DNA of 64,000 bases, taken from positions 568,216 to 632,215 of the forward strand of contig CAWELB010000008.1 of the NCBI GenBank assembly GCA_963809805.1, written 5' to 3'. A program made the position numbers and the translations under genes. The stretch is from an uncultured Chloroflexia bacterium. GTDB lineage: Bacteria; Chloroflexota; Anaerolineae; Anaerolineales; UBA4823. Below the pieces are notes generated by a model that was not told the origin of the DNA, did not search any database, and worked only from the letters and a program-made list of their open reading frames with translations. Shown here one piece after another: positions 9,366 to 18,175 of the stretch (within the stretch, counting starts at the first letter, position 1; every line of letters starts with the position of its first letter).

Positions 9366-10743
9366 TGACTAACCTCCTGGCAGCGAGATTATGTTTTTCC
9401 ACCAATTTATAAATATCTAAAGTCAAAAGCTTTCCTTCTTTTACGATGTACTTCCCAGCAACAACCGTGTAATCAACTTTCACTGGACCGCAGAAAACCA
9501 CTGCTGCGACTGGATCATGCAGCCCACCCGCATATTCGATCTTGTTTAATTTAATCGCAAAAAAATCACCGCATTTACCCGCTTCAAGTGATCCCAAATC
9601 AGTGCGCCCAAGTACCGCAGCACCTCCTCGTGTTGCGATTTCTAATGCCTGCCTAGCTGTCATAATTGGCAGTGATTCTCCGCCTGATTTTGATGCGCCC
9701 ATGAGTCCAGCCCGAACACGTGCTGCCATCAATGTTTGGCGAGTTTCTTCGAGCAGGTTAGAACCATCATTGCTAGCTGAGCCGTCCACACCCAGGCCTA
9801 CTTTTACACCCGCTTGTAGCATATCCATGGTTGGAGCAATACCAGAGGCCAGGCGCATATTCGAGGTAGGGCAATGCGCCACTCCACTACCTGATTTAGC
9901 ATATTGACCGATCTCATCCAGGTTTACATGCACCGAATGTGCAAACCAAACATCATGACCAAGCCAATCCATCTCACCCATCAAGGCTACTGGGCGCAGA
10001 CCAAATTTCTCTGTGCAAAATACCTCTTCATCCTGAGTTTCAGCCAGATGCGTATGCAAGCGGACGCCATATTGGCGCGCCAACGAGGCACTTGCGCGCA
10101 TTAATTCGGGGGTCACACTGAAAGGTGAACAAGGTGCCAGCACAATCTGAACCATCGCTCCAGGCTTCGGATCGTGATACTCTTCAATCAGCCGCTGAGA
10201 ATCCTTCAATATGAACGATTCGTCTTCAACTACGTGGTCAGGAGGAAGACCACCTTGGCTTTCCCCCAGGCTCATGGAGCCGCGTGATGCATGCAGGCGT
10301 AATCCGATTTCTTTGGCTGCAAATATCTCATCATCCAGGTGAGAACCATTGGGAAAAATGTATAGGTGATCTGAAGCTGTAGTGCACCCTGACAATGCCA
10401 GTTCTGCTAATGCAGTTTGAGTGGATAAAAAAATATCATCTGGTGTCATTCGACCCCAGATCGGGTACAAGGTTTTTAACCAATTGAATAAATTAGCATT
10501 TTGTGCTGCTGGTACAGCACGGGTCAGGGTTTGATAAAAATGATGATGGGTGTTAATTAATCCCGGTAGCACAATATGCCCGGTCAGGTCCAATACTTCG
10601 TCTGCAGTACCTGGTAACTCGTCGGTAATGCCAACCTGTTCAATGAATCCATCTCGAATAAAAAGACCACCTGCAGGAATCTCCCTTCGATGGTCATCCA
10701 TGGTCACTAATATGTGTGCATTTCTAACTAATAGCGTGCCCAT
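9352..10743 (-). CDS. 8-oxoguanine deaminase-like amidohydrolase
   Basis: NTHHHFYQTLTRA, PCSPFSV, HTHLAET, GVDGSASND. Confidence 0.82.
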   Translation of the reverse strand: MGTLLVRNAHILVTMDDHRREIPAGGLFIRDGFIEQVGITDELPGTADEVLDLTGHIVLPGLINTHHHFYQTLTRAVPAAQNANLFNWLKTLYPIWGRMTPDDIFLSTQTALAELALSGCTTASDHLYIFPNGSHLDDEIFAAKEIGLRLHASRGSMSLGESQGGLPPDHVVEDESFILKDSQRLIEEYHDPKPGAMVQIVLAPCSPFSVTPELMRASASLARQYGVRLHTHLAETQDEEVFCTEKFGLRPVALMGEMDWLGHDVWFAHSVHVNLDEIGQYAKSGSGVAHCPTSNMRLASGIAPTMDMLQAGVKVGLGVDGSASNDGSNLLEETRQTLMAARVRAGLMGASKSGGESLPIMTARQALEIATRGGAAVLGRTDLGSLEAGKCGDFFAIKLNKIEYAGGLHDPVAAVVFCGPVKVDYTVVAGKYIVKEGKLLTLDIYKLVEKHNLAARRLVNGSN

Positions 10744-10769
10744 ATCATCCGATTTATCAAAATGTTAGT

Positions 10770-10827
10770 TACTTGTCAGACAAGTATAGTTTAACTTAGA
10801 ACTCCGTAAATGTCAATTGTCAGACAA
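10770..10827 (-). promoter_or_regulatory. Sigma70 promoter of the purine operon flanked by two palindromic operators
   Basis: Minus strand TTGACA (10816-10811), 17 bp, TAAACT (10793-10788). Perfect palindrome TACTTGTC-A-GACAAGTA at 10770-10786 and a second TTGTCAGACAA at 10817-10827. Confidence 0.8.
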
Positions 10828-10833
10828 CTTATT

Positions 10834-10872
10834 AAAAGAGAAACCGACTGCTGACTTGTATCAGCAGTCGGT
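10834..10872 (-). terminator. Intrinsic terminator of folD
   Basis: ACCGACTGCTGA-cttgta-TCAGCAGTCGGT 12-bp stem, followed on the minus strand by TTCTCTTTT. Confidence 0.85.
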
Positions 10873-10883
10873 AAATGATCGGT

Positions 10884-11768
10884 TTAGAGTACTCCAGCTT
10901 GAATTTTAGCTGCCCTGACGGTATTTCTCATTAACATGGTAATCGTCATTGGTCCCACCCCACCCGGATATGGTGAAATCCAACCAGCCACTTCTTTTGC
11001 TTCATTGAATGCCACATCTCCCGCCAACCGGTACCCTTTTTCACTTGTGGGATCATCCACACGATTGGTGCCCACGTCAATGACTACTGCACCAGGCTTG
11101 ATCCAGTCCCCCTTCACCATTTCTGGTCTTCCGACGGCTGCGATCAATACATCTGCGCTTCGACAAATACCTGGCAGATCCTTGGAGCGAGAATGGCAGA
11201 TCGTTACAGTGGCATCGCGTTTCACCAATAAGAGTGCGACAGGCATACCGACAATGTTTGATCGTCCGAGAACGACTGCATTTGCGCCTTTCAAGTCAAA
11301 CCCAGTTTGATCGATCAAATAAATGCATCCATCCGGCGTGCAAGGTACGAATAATGGCTCGCGTCCTTTTTGTGCCAGTCGGCCAATATTGATCGGGTGG
11401 AATCCGTCTATATCCTTTTCGATGCTGATCGAGTTCAGAATCTTTTCATCGTTAAGATGATCTGGTAGAGGCAGCTGCACTAAAATGCCGTTGACCTTTG
11501 GGTCAGCATTCAGTTGTTTGACCAGTCCTTCCACTTCAGCTTGTGAGGCCATTTTGGGGAGCTCAAAACCATAAGAAGCAAGCCCATTTTTCTCGCAGGT
11601 TTTCCTCTTCATCTTGACATATTGTTGAGACGCAGGGTTCTCTCCCACCAGGACAGCTGCCAAACCGGGACGAGGTAATCCGTGATTCACCATGTCTTCG
11701 ACATCAGCGGCTATCTCACATAACAGCTTCTCAGAAATTGCTTTCCCATCGATGATCTGCGCAGTCAT
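10884..11768 (-). CDS. folD: Methylenetetrahydrofolate dehydrogenase/cyclohydrolase
   Basis: IIDGK, YVKMK, GILVQLPLP, KDIDGFHP, PCTP, GRSNIVG, PGGVGPMT. Confidence 0.97.
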   Translation of the reverse strand: MTAQIIDGKAISEKLLCEIAADVEDMVNHGLPRPGLAAVLVGENPASQQYVKMKRKTCEKNGLASYGFELPKMASQAEVEGLVKQLNADPKVNGILVQLPLPDHLNDEKILNSISIEKDIDGFHPINIGRLAQKGREPLFVPCTPDGCIYLIDQTGFDLKGANAVVLGRSNIVGMPVALLLVKRDATVTICHSRSKDLPGICRSADVLIAAVGRPEMVKGDWIKPGAVVIDVGTNRVDDPTSEKGYRLAGDVAFNEAKEVAGWISPYPGGVGPMTITMLMRNTVRAAKIQAGVL

Positions 11769-11936
11769 AATCTCTCCTTTTCGTGAAATAGGATCTCAGC
11801 GAATTTACCCACCATGTTGTATGTGATTTTTAGGAATGCCGTTTTTGATTATCCATGAAAATTGGCAATATTACAAGTAACATTAATCCTGAATTCCGGT
11901 AAAATAGCAAATACTGAAGTTAACCAGGAGAATGCC

Positions 11937-12335
11937 TTGAAAAATTATATCCATCGATTAGGTACTGTAGTATTAATTCTTATAATAATATTCCTACTTT
12001 CCGGTTGTAAAAGTGAACAGAATGGCGCGACGAAAGCCGTCGAAGCTTATATTCAAGCTTTGAGTAACAAGGATTCAATCAAGATCAGTAGTCTCTCATG
12101 TGCCGATTGGGAACAAAACGCAATCCTCGAAGTCGATTCGCTGACTGGGGTTGGATCAAAAGTAGCGAACTTGAAATGTGATCAGACCGGGCAGACTGGT
12201 AGTGATACCTATGTTTCCTGCACCGGCACACTTGATCTTGATTACAATGGAGAAGGCCAACAGATCGATTTATCCACCCGCACATATATTGCCCGGCAGG
12301 AAGACGGAGAATGGCGTGTGTGCGGTTACCGCTAA
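11937..12335 (+). CDS. Hypothetical Cys-rich lipoprotein
   Basis: AGGAG precedes TTG 11937; hydrophobic signal with LLSGC lipobox. Confidence 0.7.
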   Translation: MKNYIHRLGTVVLILIIIFLLSGCKSEQNGATKAVEAYIQALSNKDSIKISSLSCADWEQNAILEVDSLTGVGSKVANLKCDQTGQTGSDTYVSCTGTLDLDYNGEGQQIDLSTRTYIARQEDGEWRVCGYR

Positions 12336-12352
12336 CCCATTCGGAAACAGAT

Positions 12353-12472
12353 ATGCTGCGTAGATTATTTACCCGAGAGAATTTATATGCCCTGTTATTG
12401 TGCCTGATCCTGATTGCCATTTTCATTCTGACCGCGGACCAGGCTCCATTGTGGATTTATCAAGGTTTTTAA
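12353..12472 (+). CDS. DltX-like acyl-shuttle small membrane peptide (39 aa)
   Basis: Below the ORF-track cutoff. MLRRLFTRENLYALLLCLILIAIFILTADQAPLWIYQGF*: one TM helix and a C-terminal W-I-Y-Q-G-F like DltX FIYNEF, directly upstream of an MBOAT. Confidence 0.85.
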   Translation: MLRRLFTRENLYALLLCLILIAIFILTADQAPLWIYQGF

Positions 12473-12516
12473 CCCGTCAATGCAGGGTGTGAATTCCTGC
12501 TAACTCCCATAATACT

Positions 12517-13944
12517 GTGTCCTTCTTCACATTAATAATTGTAGTTTGCGCTGCCCTACTAATTGGCTTAGTTGCCAAAGGTACCTGGCGTAGTTGGTGC
12601 TTGATGGTGGCCAGTATCCTGGCAATATATTGGCTACAGCCGGCGACCCCCATTCGTCATCTTGATTTTTGGCTGCCTACTGCTTGTATCATCATCACTA
12701 TCCTGACCTGGCTGATATCACGGCCTAAGGATGTGCTAAATACACGCGTTGATATGCTGACTGGGATGGTCATTACTTCTGTAATCCTTCTAATTAGCTT
12801 GACCCGCTATCTTGGACCGGTTTGCTGTCTGACACCAACCCGCCCACCCACAATATTACAGGTTTGCATTGTCCTTTTAACTGTTTCCATCCTTGCAATT
12901 TTATTGCGGCGCTATGCCACAGGTCGGGTTTTTTGGATCTATGCGAGTATCACCTTGATCATCGGTTTGTTTGTCATCCTAAAATCGGAGACCCTGGCCA
13001 ATTTGATTAGCATTGGTCTTCGATCATTAAATTCTCAATCGGTGGAGCTCGCCTCTGCAGCTGACATTAAATGGCTCGGTTTTTCGTACGTTACTTTTCG
13101 TTTGCTCCACACCTTGCGCGATCGGTTGAGCGGGAGATTACCCGACCTCACATTGAACGAATATGTGACCTATATTATATTTTTCCCAGCCTATACAGCC
13201 GGCCCGATAGATCGCGTCCAGCGCTTCGTTCAAGATCTCCGCCAACCCTTTCGCCCTACCATAAATTCGACACTCAATGGTGGAAAAAGGATATTGTTGG
13301 GAATTTTTAGTAAATTTGTCCTGGCAGATGGTCTGGCCCTCATCGCATTGAGTAACATCAATTCAAGCCAGGTAAAATCTGTAGGTTGGTTATGGGTATT
13401 GCTATATGCGTACGCTTTCCGTATTTTTTTTGATTTTTCCGGTTATACGGATATCGCCATAGGCATGGGCCAGCTCCTAGGGATCCAGCTGCCTGAAAAT
13501 TTTGAGCGTCCGTATCTCAAACAAAACCTGACTTTGTTTTGGAATAGCTGGCACATCACCCTGGCACAGTGGTTCAGAGCATACTTTTTCAATCCACTTA
13601 CCCGATCATTACGCACTAACCCCCGCAATATACCTTTACCTCTGATAATTTTCATTGGTCAGTTAAGCACATTCATACTGATTGGTCTATGGCACGGGAT
13701 CAGCTGGAATTTTGCGATTTGGGGAGCCTGGCATGGTTTGGGGCTCTTCATACACAATCGTTGGTCAAATATAACGAAATCGAGCTCATCAAAATTAGAT
13801 AACCACCTTCGTTTGAAGAAAATGCTTGACCTTAGCGGTGTATTGATTACCTTTAACTATGTTAGTTTAGGATGGGTATGGTTTGCTTTATCCACTCCAG
13901 CGCAATCTTGGAATACTTTTCTAAAATTATTTGGGCTGGTATAG
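12517..13944 (+). CDS. MBOAT-family O-acyltransferase (DltB/AlgI-like)
   Basis: LGFSYVTFR, FFPAYTAGPIDR, FDFSGYTDIAIG, PENFERPY, FWNSWHITL, GLWHG with the catalytic His. Confidence 0.95.
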   Translation: MSFFTLIIVVCAALLIGLVAKGTWRSWCLMVASILAIYWLQPATPIRHLDFWLPTACIIITILTWLISRPKDVLNTRVDMLTGMVITSVILLISLTRYLGPVCCLTPTRPPTILQVCIVLLTVSILAILLRRYATGRVFWIYASITLIIGLFVILKSETLANLISIGLRSLNSQSVELASAADIKWLGFSYVTFRLLHTLRDRLSGRLPDLTLNEYVTYIIFFPAYTAGPIDRVQRFVQDLRQPFRPTINSTLNGGKRILLGIFSKFVLADGLALIALSNINSSQVKSVGWLWVLLYAYAFRIFFDFSGYTDIAIGMGQLLGIQLPENFERPYLKQNLTLFWNSWHITLAQWFRAYFFNPLTRSLRTNPRNIPLPLIIFIGQLSTFILIGLWHGISWNFAIWGAWHGLGLFIHNRWSNITKSSSSKLDNHLRLKKMLDLSGVLITFNYVSLGWVWFALSTPAQSWNTFLKLFGLV

Positions 13945-13953
13945 CTGGTAAAA

Positions 13954-15087
13954 ATGTCTGAAGTATCAACTACGAAGAATTTTTCATTACTGCGGGTAAT
14001 GGTCAAAGGCATTTTACTCTTCTTGCTGATCAACCTTATTTTTGCTCCATTGGCGCCACTTTCAGCTCTCGGTAAAATATCAGCCTATAACCTCTTCTTT
14101 CCTGGGCGCGTCCGTTTACCCTATGGTGAGAACCCCGAACAAGCCTACAACCTGAGTTTATATAACCTCGAAGCCATGTTTGCCTCCCATGAATTGACAG
14201 CAGGACATAAACCCGCCAATGAATTTCGGGTGCTTCTCATCGGCGATTCCTCAGTATGGGGCTATCTCTTGAAACCTGAAGATACATTATCAGCTTATAT
14301 AAACACAGCTGATCTGACAACCAAAGACGGAAGGTTGGTTCGGGCATACAACTTGGGTTATCCGACCCTCTCGCTCACCAAAGATCTGTTGATTCTCGAT
14401 GTTGCAATGCAGTACCAACCGGACTTAATTATTTGGTTAATCACCCTTGAATCACTGCCACATACCAAACAGCTGGATTCACCTCTCGTGCAAAATAACC
14501 CGACCAGGGTTCGTGATCTAATCACTCGTTTTGACATTAACCTCGACCTCCATGATTCCAACTTTGTGACTCCAAATTTCCTTGAATCCACCCTGGTGGG
14601 AGAACGCCGAGCGTTGGCTGACCTCCTTCGCTTGCAAATCTATGGCATCATGTGGGCCGCTACCGGAATTGATCAATACTACCCGGCATCCTATGAGCCT
14701 CCCCAATCAGACCTGGCCTTGGATGAATCTTTCCACGGTTTGCTTCCTCCGATATTGCGTTCTGAAGATTTATCGATGGAGATTTTGATTGCTGGGCAGA
14801 GAATGTCTGGAGAAATACCCATCCTTTATGTAAATGAGCCCATTTATATCAGCCACGGGGAAAACTCCGATATCCGGTATAATTTCTTCTACCCAAAATG
14901 GGCCTATGACCAGTATCGTTCACTCTTGGAAAATACTTGTCAGGAGCAAAGCTGGCAGTGTTTGGATGAATGGAACCTTGTGCCATCCGCAGAATTCACC
15001 AATAGTGCCATTCATATGAGCCCAATCGGGACGAAACTTTTAGCCACCGAGCTCGGACGGTCAATAATTTCCTTATCCAACCCCTGA
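13954..15087 (+). CDS. Membrane-anchored SGNH-fold protein (DltD/AlgJ-like acyltransferase)
   Basis: N-terminal TM, LLIGDSS block I, AYNLG block II, C-terminal FTNSAIHM. Confidence 0.7.
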   Translation: MSEVSTTKNFSLLRVMVKGILLFLLINLIFAPLAPLSALGKISAYNLFFPGRVRLPYGENPEQAYNLSLYNLEAMFASHELTAGHKPANEFRVLLIGDSSVWGYLLKPEDTLSAYINTADLTTKDGRLVRAYNLGYPTLSLTKDLLILDVAMQYQPDLIIWLITLESLPHTKQLDSPLVQNNPTRVRDLITRFDINLDLHDSNFVTPNFLESTLVGERRALADLLRLQIYGIMWAATGIDQYYPASYEPPQSDLALDESFHGLLPPILRSEDLSMEILIAGQRMSGEIPILYVNEPIYISHGENSDIRYNFFYPKWAYDQYRSLLENTCQEQSWQCLDEWNLVPSAEFTNSAIHMSPIGTKLLATELGRSIISLSNP

Positions 15088-15090
15088 TTT

Positions 15091-16164
15091 ATGATCCTAC
15101 CTACGAAATCAAAATTTTTTCTCTACTCTACAGTTCTTTTTTTCTACTCGATATCAGTCGTATTGGTAGCTTGCTTAAATGATCAATCCACACCAGGAAG
15201 CATTTCTAAAAATCCAATTCCCTCTTCCAGTGAACCTACCGGCGCTTTAATCCTATCCACGGTTGATCCTACCCAAGACAATCCGGGATCTCCGATACCT
15301 ACTCAGATTATTACCCAACCACCTACAATTACAGGGGAAACATTCACTCCTCAAGCATTCTCTACACCTCTGGCGATCACTCCCACTGCGTTATCGCCTG
15401 GTGATTGGATGTCTTTGCCTGTCATACCAGTAGTGAGTCAAAATTCACGAGAAATCTACCTGCGTGGGATTGAATTGGGAAATAATCCGCATGCCTTCTC
15501 CAAAATTGGAGATTGTCAAAGTATAACCACTTATTTCCTGAGTTATTTTGACAAGCCTGGTTTATATAATTTGGGAGATTATTCTTCATTGCAACAGACG
15601 ATCGATTGGTATGAAGGGTCATTTTCTCGTGACAGCCTGGCAGTGAAAGGTGGCTTTAATGCTGCTGCCATTCTCTCACCTTTGCGCGCTGACCCGAAAC
15701 AATGCAATTCTAGCGAAAACCCGATTGAATGTGAATTCCGCCTTAATCGTCCTAGCCTAGCCATCATCAGCCTGGAAGAATGGTGGGCAGGCCACCCGGA
15801 AAATTACGAAACATATATGCGCAGGATAATCGAGTATGCTATCAAACAGGGAGTAGTACCAATCATCACTACTAAGGCTGATAATCTTGAAGGAAATAAT
15901 CTGATCAACCAGACGATTGCCAACCTCGCACAGGAATACGACATACCCCTATGGAATTTCTGGGCAGCTGTACAACCCCTCCCGAACCATGGGCTGATCG
16001 CGATTAATTCTTCAGGTGAGGTAGATATGTTCCACCTTACCCATAGTGAAGGATATTACTATTATAATGATCCGTCCGCAATTCAATCAGGTTGGTCAAT
16101 GCGCAACTTTACGGCACTCCAGGCTTTGGATGCAGTCAGGCAGGGTTTGTTGGAACAACCATGA
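15091..16164 (+). CDS. SGNH-like lipoprotein with GDC in place of GDS
   Basis: VLVAC lipobox, Pro/Thr linker, KIGDCQS, C-terminal DMFH (DxxH). Confidence 0.65.
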   Translation: MILPTKSKFFLYSTVLFFYSISVVLVACLNDQSTPGSISKNPIPSSSEPTGALILSTVDPTQDNPGSPIPTQIITQPPTITGETFTPQAFSTPLAITPTALSPGDWMSLPVIPVVSQNSREIYLRGIELGNNPHAFSKIGDCQSITTYFLSYFDKPGLYNLGDYSSLQQTIDWYEGSFSRDSLAVKGGFNAAAILSPLRADPKQCNSSENPIECEFRLNRPSLAIISLEEWWAGHPENYETYMRRIIEYAIKQGVVPIITTKADNLEGNNLINQTIANLAQEYDIPLWNFWAAVQPLPNHGLIAINSSGEVDMFHLTHSEGYYYYNDPSAIQSGWSMRNFTALQALDAVRQGLLEQP

Positions 16165-16195
16165 AGATAATCTACATCTGAAATAAGAGGAAATT

Positions 16196-16441
16196 ATGAC
16201 AGCTGAGATCATGCAAACCCTTTCCACTTACATTGCAACCCAAATCCTCAAACAACCAAAGCGAGTGCTAAAAATTGATGAGCCATTACTATCCAATGGT
16301 TTGGTTGATTCATTCAGCCTGGTAGATTTATCCCTGTTTATTGAAAAAACATTTAATGTTTATATTGATAACACTGAATTAAATCGTCAAACATTTGACA
16401 CACTTGGTCAGCTCGCGGATCTCATCAAGTCTCGGATGTAA
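16196..16441 (+). CDS. Acyl carrier protein (DltC-like)
   Basis: 81 aa; GLVDSFSLVDL phosphopantetheine site; SD AAGAGG. Confidence 0.9.
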   Translation: MTAEIMQTLSTYIATQILKQPKRVLKIDEPLLSNGLVDSFSLVDLSLFIEKTFNVYIDNTELNRQTFDTLGQLADLIKSRM

Positions 16442-16451
16442 TCATCGCAAT

Positions 16452-18175
16452 ATGCTCACCGTTATGCAAAAGCTACTCCAGCTCAATGATATTGCTCCTC
16501 AGTCTATAGCTGTTCGTCTCCTTTTTAATCAGGAACCGGATCAGGTTATTTCGTATTCCAGATTGATTCACGGTTCAGTTGGTTATACAATGGCTTTGGA
16601 TAATGCGGGCATCCAACCTGGTGAAGTAGTGATTATTATTCTTCAGCATGGAGAAGACCTTCTGTATGCCTTCTTTGGAGCCATCCTGCACGGTTCCATC
16701 CCCGCAATTATGCCCTTTCTCACTGAAAAACTATCGCCTGAGCAGTATCGCCGATCATTAATATCCCTTTTTGAGATCACCTCTCCTGCAGCGGTGGTGA
16801 CATACCCAGAGTTTCTTGAAGAGGTTCAGCTTGCGGTAAAATCAAGCAGCTCGATCAGATCCGTTCTCTCATCCAACCAGATTATTCCTAATTCAGAACT
16901 TAGTTCATTAGAAAAAATATTGGGAATTAATCGGACACCTGAAGACATCGTGCTGCTGCAGCATTCTTCGGGTACAACCGGTTTACAAAAAGGAGTTGCT
17001 TTATCCAATCAGGCAGTATTTAACCAGCTCGAAAGCTATTCCCAAGCTCTCAAACTTAGTCCTTCTGATGTGATCGTAAGCTGGCTTCCCCTTTATCATG
17101 ACATGGGACTGATTGCCGGGTTTCTCTTGCCAATCCTGTTGAATGTACCCCTGATCCTACTTTCTCCATTCGATTGGGTCCGTGCGCCATATAAATTGAT
17201 GCATGCCGTGACTGAATACCATGGCACGCTTTCCTGGTTGCCCAACTTCGCCTATAATTTTTGCGCTCAAAAGATCCGCCCACGCGATCTTGATGGGATC
17301 GATCTATCCACCTGGCGGGCAGTCAGTAACTGTTCTGAGCCAATGTATTGGAAAAGCCACCAGATGTTCCTGGATCGCTTTCAGCCCTATGGGCTACATT
17401 CTTCTGCAATGACCACCTGTTACGCCATGGCAGAGAATGTTTTCGCAGTATCCCAGGGGGTATTAACCAAGCAGTGACAGTTGATCAGATCAGCCAGCGG
17501 AATTTATTAGTCAATCGAATCGCCATTCCATCTACATCAGGTGATGACTCGATCAAAATGCTGTCGGCTGGGCATCCGATAAAGAACACTCTGGTTAGAA
17601 TCCTGGATCAACATCATGCTCACCTACCCGACCGCCAGCTGGGGGAAATAGCTATTTCGAGTGACTGTATGTTGTCTGGTTATTACAATCGCCCGGATCT
17701 GACAACCAAGGCTTTTCATTCAGGATGGTACCTGACTGGTGACCTGGGTTATATCGCGGATGGTGAAATATATATTACGGGTAGAAAAAAGGACATGATC
17801 ATTGTCGGAGGCAAGAATATCTACCCCCAAGACCTGGAGAACCTGGCAAGTGAGGTTAAAGGTGTACATCCAGGGCGTGTGGTTGCATTTGGTGTACCGA
17901 ATGAGCTCACCGGAACTGAAGATGTGGTCATCATTGCTGAAGTGGATACGACTGAAAAAGATTTGATCAATGGAGAAATCGAAAATGATTTGGAAAGCTC
18001 TCCCACGATCGATCAGATTTCGGATGAAATCCGCTCACGTGTCACACGCGGCTCAGATATTGCTTTGCGTAGGGTGAAGCTCGTAAAAAGGGGCTGGCTG
18101 ATTAAGACCAGTAGTGGAAAAATCGCCCGAAATTCAAATCGCGAACGCTACATTACTGAGTTTATGGAAGATTGA
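16452..18175 (+). pseudogene. Fatty acyl-AMP ligase (FAAL), frameshifted at G5 run 17456-17460
   Basis: 5' frame has LQHSSGTTG, SWLPLYHDMGLI, PNFAY and CYAMAE; 3' frame has YLTGDLG, GRKKDMII and KTSSGK. One extra G joins them as AVSQGGINQAV. Confidence 0.85.

Noticed and set aside
12353-18175. Canonical dlt (D-alanylation) operon
   Set aside because: The ligase has FAAL-type rather than DltA-type motifs, there are two SGNH proteins, and no teichoic-acid genes are in view.
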